A stretch of 39,663 bases of DNA, taken from sequence record DRR723986_10959. One strand, written 5' to 3'. The translations under genes and the position numbers were made by a program. Positions 27,805 to 37,295 of the stretch are shown here, in pieces (position 1 is the stretch's first letter; each line of letters opens with the position of its first letter). The notes under the pieces were generated by a model that saw only the letters and a program-made list of their open reading frames with translations, was not told the DNA's origin and ran no database searches.

Positions 27805-29040
27805 ATGAAGTTGAAAACATTAAACTATTTAGGAGCTGGGCTATTGGCATTAATTGTCCTTGCATCTTGTAAAAAAGAATACGACACTCCACCACTAACT
27901 TATCCTGAAGATGGTGGTAATATTACTATCGATAGCCTGAAATTATTGCAAGCCAGCAATGGATCAGTATCCTTTACCAGCAACAAAACGGTTTCGGGTA
28001 CCATCACTATGGATGAAAATGACGGAAACATTTATAAAAATGTTTACATGCAAGACAGTACTGGCGCCATCAACGTGCGTTTGCTGACAGGAGGAGGTCT
28101 GTATGTTGGTGATAAAGTTAAGATAAGCCTAGACGGTTGTTATTTAAGTCGTTTCAACGGTGTTTTACAGTTAGACTCAGTTAATGCAGATGTGAATGTA
28201 ATTAAACAATCATCTGGGAATTATTTTGCTCCAGAGGTAACAACAATTGATCAATTAACGACTTTGAAAGAGTCTGAGTTGATCCAACTCAATAATGTTC
28301 AATTTATTAGCTCTGAGCTCGGTGAAACATACGCGGATAAGATCAATCAAATTTCTCAAGATCACTTATTAGAAGATCAAAACGGTAATACGGTCGTAGT
28401 GAGAACAAGCGGATACGCAAGTTTTGCTGGAGAATTAATGGCAAGCGGAAGCGGAAGTATCGTTCTAATTGCAGCCGTTTATAATGGCGCAATGCAATTG
28501 TTAATTCGCGATTATTCTGAGATTAATTTTAATCAACCGAGATTCAATGGCTTAGCTTTATTTAAAGATTTTAATGATGATGAAATCACTTCGTTTGGAT
28601 GGACAACTCATCAGGTGGCAGGAACATTTACTGAATGGGAGGCTAGTTCAGCTGGTGGAGCACCCAATCCTTATGCTGCGATTTCAAACTATGACGGTTC
28701 AGTCAATGAAGTTGCTGATGTATGGTTAATTTCTCCATCTGTAGATTTATCTAGTTTTTCTACACCGAAACTGTCATTTGATAATGCTTACAACTACACG
28801 GGACCCGCTTTAGAAGTGTACATTTCAAATAATTATATGTCAGGTGCACCAAACACTGGAACATGGACGGACATAACATCTATGGCAAACTGGTCTTCTG
28901 GTGGATTTACATTCGTCAATTCCGGATTAATTGACATTTCTGCTTATACGGGAACAAATGTACATATAGGATTTAGATACCAAGGAACAGGCTCAACTGG
29001 AAGCACCTGGGAACTTGATAATATCTTAATAAAGGATTAA
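27805..29040 (+). CDS. Surface lipoprotein, paralog of the upstream gene
   Basis: Lipobox LASC-KKEYD, DENDGNIYKNVYMQD, VRTSGYASFAG, WLISPSVDLS...GSTWELDNILI. Confidence 0.72.
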   Translation: MKLKTLNYLGAGLLALIVLASCKKEYDTPPLTYPEDGGNITIDSLKLLQASNGSVSFTSNKTVSGTITMDENDGNIYKNVYMQDSTGAINVRLLTGGGLYVGDKVKISLDGCYLSRFNGVLQLDSVNADVNVIKQSSGNYFAPEVTTIDQLTTLKESELIQLNNVQFISSELGETYADKINQISQDHLLEDQNGNTVVVRTSGYASFAGELMASGSGSIVLIAAVYNGAMQLLIRDYSEINFNQPRFNGLALFKDFNDDEITSFGWTTHQVAGTFTEWEASSAGGAPNPYAAISNYDGSVNEVADVWLISPSVDLSSFSTPKLSFDNAYNYTGPALEVYISNNYMSGAPNTGTWTDITSMANWSSGGFTFVNSGLIDISAYTGTNVHIGFRYQGTGSTGSTWELDNILIKD

Positions 29041-29082
29041 CTTGCCTTAAAAGTTAAATGAATAATTTTAAATAAAAACAAT

Positions 29083-30477
29083 ATGAAAAAAACTTTACTT
29101 TTTATTGCAGCAGCATTTACTTTAAGTTCAGCTGAAGCTCAGTACTTTCAAGACGATTTTGAAGGTGGAACGTTAACGGCTAACCATGCTTGGCAAACTC
29201 AGGTAATTTCAAATCCAGACGCAATTAATGGAGATTGGGTATTAGGAACAGTTTCTGGGAATTATGCCAAATTATCAAACTTTGTGTCAAGTGCAAATCA
29301 CGTTTTAAATTCTTGGTTTATATCGCCATCAATTGACTTGAGCACTTCTACTCAACCAGTATTAAAATTTGACAATACAAAAAGATATGCAGGTGATGAT
29401 ATGATTGTACACATTTCAACTGATTATACTGGTTCTGGGGCTCCGAGTTCTGCTACATGGACAGATATTACAAGTTTGTTTACTTTGAATGCAGACGAAT
29501 CTTCATGGAGTTTTACGGGTTCTGGAGATGGTGACATTTCAGCCTATATTTCAGCTAACACTTACATAGCTTTCGAATATATAGGAACTGCAACTGATGG
29601 TTCTACTTGGGAAGTGGATAATGTTGTTATCCAAGAAGGTCCAACTGTGACCACTATAACTTCTATTTATGACATTCAGTACACTACTGCTCCTGGAGGA
29701 GAATCTCCAGAAGATGGGAACGTTGTTACAACAAGAGGAGTGGTAACTGGAGTTTATCAAATTGGTACAAACGCGGACCGTTTCTTCATCCAAGACGGAG
29801 ATGGCGCATGGAACGGAATCTATGTGTATGAAAATGGATTTCCTGTTGCAATTGGTGACTCAGTATTGGTAACTGGAGAAGTAACTGAATACTTCGGTTT
29901 GACTGAGATTTCATTTGTCAGTGATGTTACAATTTTGAACTCTGGAAATGCTATGCCTAATCCAGCAGTAGTAACTAACGCAACATTAGGTAACGAAGAG
30001 TACGAAGGCGTTTTGGTAACATTAGAAGATGCTATTTGTATTACAACTGAAAATCAATACGGTGAATGGACTGCAAATGATGGTACAGCAACTTTCGTAA
30101 CAATTGATGACGATTTATTACCGGCTATGTATTCTCCGGTATTAGGAGATGGATATGACATCACTGGTATCAGACATTTTGCGTTTGATTTAAACATCAT
30201 CTACCCTACTTCAAGTTCTCAAATTGTAACTGTAGGATGGGCTGGAATTGATGAGAACAACCCAACGTTCTCAATTTACCCTAATCCTGCAACTGATGTG
30301 ATTACATTAAACGTTGATCCAACTGCGATTGTAAATGTTTATTCTATTTCTGGAGCAGCTGTTTATACTGGAACTGCTACTAATACAATTGATGTATCAA
30401 ATTTAGATGCTGGAATCTACACTGTTGCTGTTACAACAAATGGTGTAACTGAATCACAAAGATTAGTGATTAGATAA
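29083..30477 (+). CDS. T9SS-secreted protein: choice-of-anchor-J-like domain, nuclease-accessory OB folds, type A CTD
   Basis: WFISPSIDLS...GSTWEVDNVVI; SIYDIQ...GNVVTTRGVVTG...FFIQD...GIYVY...GDSVLVTGEVTEYFGLTEI; EEYEGVLV; CTD IYPNPATD...LDAGIYTV...QRLVIR. Confidence 0.78.
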   Translation: MKKTLLFIAAAFTLSSAEAQYFQDDFEGGTLTANHAWQTQVISNPDAINGDWVLGTVSGNYAKLSNFVSSANHVLNSWFISPSIDLSTSTQPVLKFDNTKRYAGDDMIVHISTDYTGSGAPSSATWTDITSLFTLNADESSWSFTGSGDGDISAYISANTYIAFEYIGTATDGSTWEVDNVVIQEGPTVTTITSIYDIQYTTAPGGESPEDGNVVTTRGVVTGVYQIGTNADRFFIQDGDGAWNGIYVYENGFPVAIGDSVLVTGEVTEYFGLTEISFVSDVTILNSGNAMPNPAVVTNATLGNEEYEGVLVTLEDAICITTENQYGEWTANDGTATFVTIDDDLLPAMYSPVLGDGYDITGIRHFAFDLNIIYPTSSSQIVTVGWAGIDENNPTFSIYPNPATDVITLNVDPTAIVNVYSISGAAVYTGTATNTIDVSNLDAGIYTVAVTTNGVTESQRLVIR

Positions 30478-30494
30478 TTACAAATGAAATCAAT

Positions 30495-30532
30495 AAAAAA
30501 CCTCCTTAGAATTTCTAAGGAGGTTTTTTTTT
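30495..30532. terminator. Bidirectional intrinsic terminator
   Basis: AAAAAACCTCCTTAGA-ATT-TCTAAGGAGGTTTTTTTTT is a perfect inverted repeat between convergent genes. Confidence 0.92.
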
Positions 30533-30552
30533 ATGTCTTTATAATAGAGATT

Positions 30553-32067
30553 TTACTCAGCGTCCAACTCAGCTCTTATTCTCTGGCTAAGCTGTCTGTT
30601 ATACGTTTCTTTCAACCAGTTGAGATAGTTGTCAGTTGCTTTAGTAATGCATTTTGTATAATGCTTTAAACGTCTCTCGATATCATCCTGCATTTCATTC
30701 AACAACAACAAACCATCATACATATCTTCTGAATTCTCTGCAATCACTTCAAAGTGGTTATCCAAAGAAACATCTACTGCTTCTTTTCCTTTCTTCCCCT
30801 CTTCAATGCAGGTATCATAGACATGCTTCATTGAGAACTCTTCTAGTTTGGCAGGATTCTTCAACTTTTCTTTCAAGTTTCTTGAAAGCTCATAGTCTGC
30901 CTCAAATAACAAATCATCCTCTTCACTTAAACGTGCTTCTAAAAATCTATCAGGATAATTAAAGGCGTCTTGCCAGTCAATGTACTCTTGCCAGTAACCA
31001 AATCTTCTTACGTTATTCCCTAAGTCAATGACTTGGAATACGCTTTTATTTTTCAATTTTCTGGACCCACGACCTATCATTTGATGATAAAGTGTCAAAG
31101 ATCGAGTGGCTCTGTTCAAAATGATCGTTTCTACTGTTGGTTCATCAAAACCTGTTGTCAAAATTCCGACAGATGTCAGAACAGCTCCAGGTGTCTCTTT
31201 AAACCACTTCAAAATATCTTTTCGATCGCCATCTGAGAAGGTGCTATCTAGATGTCTTACTTTATAATTGTGCTTCTTAAATAGATCATAAACTGATCTA
31301 GAAGATTCAATCCCTGAATTAAAAATTAAGGTCTTTTTCCCTACTGCCACCTCTTCATAGGCAAATAGTAATTTCTCTTGCATGAAGTAATTACTGTAAA
31401 CTTTATCAGAAGATGATACTGTAAAGTCTCCGTTAACACCTATTTTTAAACCGTGCAAGTTTACATCATAAGTATAGGTCTCTGCATTTGATAAGTACTC
31501 CTTTTCGATAAGCGATTTAATGGATTCACCAACAATCAACTTGTCGTAATTATCTTTTAAGGGTAATGCTTTATTAGAACTTAAAGGAGTTGCAGTAACA
31601 CCTAAAATATTTATGTTTTCGAAATATTGGAAAATCTTTCTAAAGGAATTATTGTGGGCTTCATCCACAATTACCAATCCTACATTTTCAATGAATTGCT
31701 TATTTTCTTGCAATCTATTGTTAAGGGTTTCAACCATTGCAGTGAATGATTGATATTGATCTTGATCATCTAATGTTTTTACCAAGCTATTGATTACCTT
31801 ATTTTCAACATTCAAGGCTGTCAATTGTTTTGAAGTTTGAACACACAATTCAATTCGGTGTGTTAGGATCAAAACTTTTTTATTGGTTTTTTTAATATAA
31901 TCCTTGGCAATGTTTGAAAAGATGACCGTTTTACCTCCTCCAGTTGGAAGTTGGAACAAGAGATTAAAATTCTCTCCCTCCTTAACCAGCTCGTTAATTA
32001 TCTGGTTTACAACCTTTTTCTGAAATGGATATAATTCTTTTTTCTTAAAAAGACTCTTGTCTATCAT
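30553..32067 (-). CDS. SF2 DEAD/DEAH-box helicase
   Basis: LYPFQ, QLPTGGGKT, IVDEAH, TATP, LTTGFDEP and QMIGRGSR. Confidence 0.92.
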   Translation of the reverse strand: MIDKSLFKKKELYPFQKKVVNQIINELVKEGENFNLLFQLPTGGGKTVIFSNIAKDYIKKTNKKVLILTHRIELCVQTSKQLTALNVENKVINSLVKTLDDQDQYQSFTAMVETLNNRLQENKQFIENVGLVIVDEAHNNSFRKIFQYFENINILGVTATPLSSNKALPLKDNYDKLIVGESIKSLIEKEYLSNAETYTYDVNLHGLKIGVNGDFTVSSSDKVYSNYFMQEKLLFAYEEVAVGKKTLIFNSGIESSRSVYDLFKKHNYKVRHLDSTFSDGDRKDILKWFKETPGAVLTSVGILTTGFDEPTVETIILNRATRSLTLYHQMIGRGSRKLKNKSVFQVIDLGNNVRRFGYWQEYIDWQDAFNYPDRFLEARLSEEDDLLFEADYELSRNLKEKLKNPAKLEEFSMKHVYDTCIEEGKKGKEAVDVSLDNHFEVIAENSEDMYDGLLLLNEMQDDIERRLKHYTKCITKATDNYLNWLKETYNRQLSQRIRAELDAE

Positions 32068-32092
32068 AATTGGAGGGGCCTATAAATCCGCG

Positions 32093-32123
32093 CAAAAATA
32101 CGGCCTTTATATTGAAAGTCAAA
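32093..32123 (-). promoter_or_regulatory. Bacteroidota sigmaA promoter of the helicase gene
   Basis: Minus strand: TTTG (32123-32120), 19 nt, TATTTTTG (32100-32093). Confidence 0.75.
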
Positions 32124-32230
32124 ATTAATCGGGTCTATTCTTGAAATCTTATTCACATTCTATTGCTTTTTTCTATTCGAGAATCAATTTTTTTGATGGA
32201 TTTTCTGAAAATAATGTAAGGCAAAGACAT

Positions 32231-32238
32231 TATATTTG
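32231..32238 (+). promoter_or_regulatory. -7 element of trxB
   Basis: TATATTTG, overlapping the ORF-track TTG start. Confidence 0.6.
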
Positions 32239-32271
32239 TCAACCAATAAAAACGAAAATAAATCAATCCAA

Positions 32272-33222
32272 ATGAGTGAAGGAATCGAAAAAGTAAAATG
32301 CCTAATTATCGGATCAGGACCAGCAGGTTATACGGCAGCTATTTATGCAGCTAGAGCAAATATGAATCCTGTATTATACCAAGGTTTGCAACCTGGAGGT
32401 CAATTAACAACCACCAACGAAGTAGAAAACTTCCCTGGTTACCCTGATGGCGTTACTGGACCAGAAATGATGATTCAATTGCAAAAACAGGCGGAGCGAT
32501 TTGATGCAGATATCAGAAATGGTTGGGTTTCTAAAGTAGATTTTTCAGGACCTGTTCACAAAGTTTGGGTAGATGAGAAAACTGAAATTCACGCCGATAC
32601 GGTTATTATTTCTACCGGCGCATCTGCAAAATATCTAGGATTAGAGTCAGAGCAACATTATCTATCAATAGGTGGAGGTGTTTCTGCGTGCGCAGTGTGT
32701 GATGGATTCTTTTATAGAGGACAAGAAACGATTATCGTAGGAGCTGGTGATTCAGCTTGTGAAGAGGCGCATTACCTTTCAAAATTATGTACAAAGGTGA
32801 CTATGCTTGTGAGAAGAGATGAGTTTAGAGCATCAAAAATCATGGCTGAAAGAGTAAAAAAGACAGAAAACATTGAGATTTTATACAATACTGAAACTGT
32901 TGAAGTTTTAGGAGATGGACAAGGTGTTACTGGAGCCAAAGTGAAGAACAATAAAACTGGTGAAGAAACAGAAATTCCTGGAACAGGATTCTTTGTTGCT
33001 ATTGGTCATAAGCCGAACACCGATATTTTCAAAGATTGGTTAGAATTAGACGAAACAGGATATATCATTCACAAGCCTGATTCAACTAAAACCAATATTG
33101 AAGGTGTTTTTGTATCAGGTGATGCAGCTGACCACGTTTATCGTCAAGCAGTGACTGCTGCAGGAACGGGATGTATGGCAGCTTTAGATGCTGAAAGATA
33201 TCTTGCTGCAAAAGAAGGATAA
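32272..33222 (+). CDS. trxB: Thioredoxin reductase
   Basis: IIGSGPAG, GGQL...VENFPG, active site SACAVCDG, GAGDSACEEA and RQAVTAAGTG. Start moved to ATG 32272. Confidence 0.96.
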   Translation: MSEGIEKVKCLIIGSGPAGYTAAIYAARANMNPVLYQGLQPGGQLTTTNEVENFPGYPDGVTGPEMMIQLQKQAERFDADIRNGWVSKVDFSGPVHKVWVDEKTEIHADTVIISTGASAKYLGLESEQHYLSIGGGVSACAVCDGFFYRGQETIIVGAGDSACEEAHYLSKLCTKVTMLVRRDEFRASKIMAERVKKTENIEILYNTETVEVLGDGQGVTGAKVKNNKTGEETEIPGTGFFVAIGHKPNTDIFKDWLELDETGYIIHKPDSTKTNIEGVFVSGDAADHVYRQAVTAAGTGCMAALDAERYLAAKEG

Positions 33223-33245
33223 GAAAATTTCAAATAGGATTGATG

Positions 33246-33278
33246 AAGCCTTTCGCCTTGCGGAGGGCTTTATTTTTT
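33246..33278 (+). terminator. Intrinsic terminator of trxB
   Basis: AAGCCTTTCGC-CTT-GCGGAGGGCTT followed by TATTTTTT. Abuts the recR stop. Confidence 0.75.
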
Positions 33279-33890
33279 CATCAAGTTCATATCAAAAGGG
33301 AGTCGATTGATAATTGATCGACCTAAGGTCAATTCATCTGCATATTGCAATTCTGTGCCTACCGCCACTCCTCTTGATAATGTCGTGACTTTAATATCAA
33401 AATCAGCCAGTTTTCTAAACAGATAAAAATTGGTGGTATCACCTTCCATTGAAGCATTCAGGGCTAATATCACTTCACTGATTTCACCGGTCTGAATTCG
33501 ACTCATTAAACTCTCAATATTCAGATCATTTGGTCCAATTCCCTCCATTGGAGAAATAACTCCTCCTAAAACATGATAGGTTCCAAAATATTGCTGTGTA
33601 CTCTCAATTGCCAAAATATCTCGGATATCTTCAACTACACAAATGAGTTCTTGCTTTCTAGAATCTTGTAAACAAATTTCGCAATGCTCGGCATCAGAGA
33701 TATTGCCACAATTTCCGCAAGTTTTGATTTTATCTTGTATTTCTCCTAGAGACTTTGAAAAAGCCTCTAACTCACTTTGATCTCTTTTTAGCAGGTTAAG
33801 CACTAATCTCAATGCCGTCTTTTTCCCTATTCCCGGCAAAGACGAGAAATGTTCAACGAGATCTTCTAAGTATTTTGAAGGAATATTCAC
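33270..33890 (-). CDS. recR: Recombination mediator RecR
   Basis: LPGIGKKTALRL, CGNC...CEIC, ICVVE, YHVLGGVISP and YADELTL. Probable GTG start at 33890. Confidence 0.95.
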   Translation of the reverse strand: MNIPSKYLEDLVEHFSSLPGIGKKTALRLVLNLLKRDQSELEAFSKSLGEIQDKIKTCGNCGNISDAEHCEICLQDSRKQELICVVEDIRDILAIESTQQYFGTYHVLGGVISPMEGIGPNDLNIESLMSRIQTGEISEVILALNASMEGDTTNFYLFRKLADFDIKVTTLSRGVAVGTELQYADELTLGRSIINRLPFDMNLMKK

Positions 33891-33894
33891 TTGA

Positions 33895-33902
33895 CAAAAA
33901 TA
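33895..33902 (-). promoter_or_regulatory. -7 element of recR
   Basis: Minus strand TATTTTTG, ending 4 nt before the GTG. Confidence 0.55.
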
Positions 33903-33981
33903 AAACAAAGTCTTTCATCAATCACGCGATATTTAATAGAATATCAACAATCTAAAATCAATAATTAATATCTTAGAGGGT

Positions 33982-35001
33982 ATGTACACAGCAACTGTCG
34001 AAAAAGTAGAATTAAATTTTAAGTTACCTGCGGGTACCTCAAGAGGTATCCTTAAATCCAAAAACTCTTGGATTGTGAAGTTGAGAGATTCAAACAACCC
34101 AGGAAAAATCGGAATCGGAGAGGCATCAATCATTGAGAATTTATCCCCTGAATGGAGCGATCAATACGAAAGTAAACTTCATGAATGTATAGAAAAAATC
34201 GACAGTCATGTGCAGACTAAATTTGTTCATTTAAAGTCATTCCCTTCAATCAGATTTGCCTTTGAAGCTGCATATCAAAACTTACTTCAGTCTGAGAACG
34301 TTTTTTATCCTAGTGAGTTTACACAGGGTAAAGAATCTATTAAAATCAATGGATTGATTTGGATGGGGGAAAAAGATTTCATGTTAGATCAAATAAAAAC
34401 TAAGTTGGATAATGGATTCGATTGCATCAAATTAAAAATAGGAGCAATTGATTTTAATGCTGAATTGGACCTATTAAAATTCATTCGTTCTAGATTTTCT
34501 AAAGAAACGGTAGAAATTAGGGTAGATGCTAACGGCGCATTCAAGGCTTCAGAAGCATTAGATAAACTGAACAAATTAGCGCAACTTGATATTCACTCGA
34601 TAGAACAGCCGATTCAAGCCAAACAATGGGAATCTATGGCTGAATTGTGCAAAAACACTCCTCTACCGATTGCATTAGATGAAGAGTTAATTGGAATTAA
34701 AGAAATTGATTCTAAGCTATTGATGTTATCTTCGATAAAACCGCAATACATTATATTGAAACCTTCTTTAATTGGTGGATTTGAGTCGAGTGATGAATGG
34801 ATTGATTTAGCGAATTCCTATAACATTAAATGGTGGATAACCTCAGCATTAGAAAGCAATATTGGACTAAATGCTATTGCCCAATATGCTTATACAAAAA
34901 GTAACCCCATGCCTCAAGGATTGGGCACGGGGTTACTGTTTACGAATAATTTAGAAAGTCCTTTACAGTTGAAAGGCGATCAATTATTTTACAATATTTA
35001 A
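33982..35001 (+). CDS. menC: o-succinylbenzoate synthase (enolase superfamily)
   Basis: KLKIG, RVDANG, IEQP, ALDEE, ILKPSLIGG and TSALES. Confidence 0.85.
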   Translation: MYTATVEKVELNFKLPAGTSRGILKSKNSWIVKLRDSNNPGKIGIGEASIIENLSPEWSDQYESKLHECIEKIDSHVQTKFVHLKSFPSIRFAFEAAYQNLLQSENVFYPSEFTQGKESIKINGLIWMGEKDFMLDQIKTKLDNGFDCIKLKIGAIDFNAELDLLKFIRSRFSKETVEIRVDANGAFKASEALDKLNKLAQLDIHSIEQPIQAKQWESMAELCKNTPLPIALDEELIGIKEIDSKLLMLSSIKPQYIILKPSLIGGFESSDEWIDLANSYNIKWWITSALESNIGLNAIAQYAYTKSNPMPQGLGTGLLFTNNLESPLQLKGDQLFYNI

Positions 35002-35606
35002 TAGAATGTTACTTCGCCGTTGTCAACACTGTACATAGCTCCAACGATTTCAATATCTCCATTTTTTTCTAATTCAGCCAATATTGGGCTTTTTTCTCTG
35101 ATTTCTTTGATAGACTCATGCACGTTTGCTTCGGCTACTTTTTCTGCGTAAGCCGGAGAATACTCTGTATCTGCTCCTATTTTATCCATTGCCGGTTTTA
35201 TTTTTGACAACAGAATTGATAAGTTACCCATTTCTACGTGCTTACATGCTCCATGAACTGCACCACATTTGGTGTGCCCCATTACCACTACAATTTTGGA
35301 ACCTGCTAGTTTACAGGCAAACTCCATGGATCCTAAAATATCTTCATTGATAATATTTCCAGCTACTCTTGCAGAAAAAATATCTCCTATTCCTTGATCA
35401 AATACAAGCTCAGCCGGAACTCTTGAATCAATGCAACTTAATATTACAGCAAATGGAAATTGTCCTGTACTTGTCTCTAGCACTTGTGTTTTAAGATCTC
35501 TTGAAGCTTTGTTATTTTCAACAAATCTTTTGTTGCCCTCTACTAATATTCTGTGTGCATCTGCAGCAGTTAAATTTTCTTGTGTTTCTTTTGTTTGTGT
35601 TCTCAT
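34998..35606 (-). CDS. Beta-class carbonic anhydrase
   Basis: LVEGNKRF, Zn ligands SCIDSR and GHTKCGA, RVAGN. Confidence 0.94.
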   Translation of the reverse strand: MRTQTKETQENLTAADAHRILVEGNKRFVENNKASRDLKTQVLETSTGQFPFAVILSCIDSRVPAELVFDQGIGDIFSARVAGNIINEDILGSMEFACKLAGSKIVVVMGHTKCGAVHGACKHVEMGNLSILLSKIKPAMDKIGADTEYSPAYAEKVAEANVHESIKEIREKSPILAELEKNGDIEIVGAMYSVDNGEVTFY

Positions 35607-35645
35607 TTTATATTTTTTTTCTATTAATAATTTTATCTCAGCCGT

Positions 35646-37295
35646 TTAAACGGTCTTTAATTTTTCAGACCCTAGTACCTCTACATTAATATTTCTATCC
35701 TCTGCAGAATCAATAAAATCTTTCAATGCTTCATTGACATCATAGTCCATATCTACGCATTTGGTTAAATCTAGCACCACATCACTGCCGTCTTTAATAT
35801 TTTCCAATGTCGACATGATATTTGCCTTATTCATGAAGTTAGCATGAGCGGTCAATACCAATGTAATGGTTTCCGTATTTCCATCACTTTCGTGAAAAGA
35901 TTTAGTAATTGAAGTTTCGTGTGAATCAGCATCATTCTGTTTCTTTACAAAGTAAGATACTTTGTAGTTTTTATACATTAAAATGATGAACGCTACAATC
36001 ATTCCGGCTCCAATCCCTTTTAATAAATCTGTCAAAAGCATAACAATGATAACTACAAAGAAGGGCACAAACTGTTCCCAGCCTGCCTTCACCATTTGTT
36101 TCATTGACTTTGGAGAAGCTAATTTATATCCTATTAACAATAATACCGCCGCCAAAGTTGCTCTTGGAATCATATTTAAAACGCCAGGAATGGCAATTAC
36201 GAAAACCAATAAAAATACACCATGAATAACCGCAGACCATTTCGATTTAGCACCTGCTGTTATATTGGCTGTAGAACGCACAATAACTTGAGTAATTGGT
36301 AATCCCCCTAACAATCCTGAAATCGTATTTCCAATTCCTTGAGCTCTTAGCTCTTTGTTCATTGGAGTTCTTCCTTTGGCAGGGTCCATCTTATCAGTAG
36401 CCTCAACGCACAATAATGATTCAATTGATGCAACCAAGGCAATTACTACAGCTACTCTCCAAACCGCCGGATCGCTAATTGCTGAGAAATTCGGGAAGTA
36501 CAACATCCCTTTAAACTCTTCGAAATTCTTAGGTGTAGGTACATTTACTAAATGTTCTCCCGTCACCTGTAAATCAACATTTCCGCTTAAAAGTAAGCCT
36601 ACTAAAACAGAAATTACAATAGCTAATAAAGGTCCAGGAATCATGTTTAAGACCTTATTATTCTTAATAAATTTCATTCCCCAAACAATCAAAATTATGA
36701 TTGAAATAACAGCGATAATAGTGGCACCAACATGGATGTTTTCCATCATATAACCTAACTCAGAGAATGTATTGTGGCCGTCTACTTGTAAGAATTGCAA
36801 ATCACCTTCAGGATCTTTATCATACCCAAAAAAGTGAGGTAATTCTTTGATAAAAATGGTTATTCCAATTCCGGCTAGCATTCCTTTTATCACTGAAAAA
36901 GGAATAAAATATGCCACAAAACCAGCCTTTATAAGTCCTAGAATAAATTGGAGTACTCCAGCAATGGCAACTGCCAGAGCAAATTTTTCGAAGCCTCCAT
37001 TTCCGAATCCTCCAAATTCTATAATTGCAGCTGTTACTATAGTAATTAACCCTGCTGCTGGTCCACTCACCCCATATTTTGAGCCGCTAAAAGTACCTAC
37101 AACGATACCACCAATAATTCCGGCTATTAACCCTGGAAATACAATACCGGCAAAATCTTCTACTCCGTCAATTCCGCTGTATGACGTTGATGCCAATGAT
37201 ATTCCTAAGCACAATGGCAACGCCACAAAAAACACAACCAAACCTGAGGCAAAGTCGAATTTTAAATTTTTTAATCCTGTTTTTTCTTCTTTCAT
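35646..37295 (-). CDS. SulP/SLC26 anion (probably bicarbonate) transporter with STAS-like tail
   Basis: GLVVFFVALPLCLGISLAS, VSGPAAGL, ASIESLL, QGIGN...GGLPITQVIVRS. Adjacent to carbonic anhydrase. Confidence 0.92.
   Translation of the reverse strand: MKEEKTGLKNLKFDFASGLVVFFVALPLCLGISLASTSYSGIDGVEDFAGIVFPGLIAGIIGGIVVGTFSGSKYGVSGPAAGLITIVTAAIIEFGGFGNGGFEKFALAVAIAGVLQFILGLIKAGFVAYFIPFSVIKGMLAGIGITIFIKELPHFFGYDKDPEGDLQFLQVDGHNTFSELGYMMENIHVGATIIAVISIIILIVWGMKFIKNNKVLNMIPGPLLAIVISVLVGLLLSGNVDLQVTGEHLVNVPTPKNFEEFKGMLYFPNFSAISDPAVWRVAVVIALVASIESLLCVEATDKMDPAKGRTPMNKELRAQGIGNTISGLLGGLPITQVIVRSTANITAGAKSKWSAVIHGVFLLVFVIAIPGVLNMIPRATLAAVLLLIGYKLASPKSMKQMVKAGWEQFVPFFVVIIVMLLTDLLKGIGAGMIVAFIILMYKNYKVSYFVKKQNDADSHETSITKSFHESDGNTETITLVLTAHANFMNKANIMSTLENIKDGSDVVLDLTKCVDMDYDVNEALKDFIDSAEDRNINVEVLGSEKLKTV

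Noticed and set aside
24001-30477. Classical SusC/SusD polysaccharide utilisation locus
   Set aside because: There is no SusD-like TPR lipoprotein and no CAZyme motif, and the receptor is shorter than typical SusC proteins.
30484-30669. 61-aa ORF after the T9SS protein
   Set aside because: It runs through the terminator hairpin and into the antisense strand of the helicase gene.
30553-32067. Helicase as part of a defence or restriction system, or of the DNA-uptake locus
   Set aside because: It is a stand-alone gene with its own promoter, has no methylase or nuclease partner, and is separated from the locus by a bidirectional terminator.
32236-32271. N-terminal extensions from the ORF track (trxB; likewise recR, the EEP gene and the 1545-1901 ORF)
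   Set aside because: The upstream TTG starts fall within promoter elements or precede clear signal peptides or conserved N-termini.
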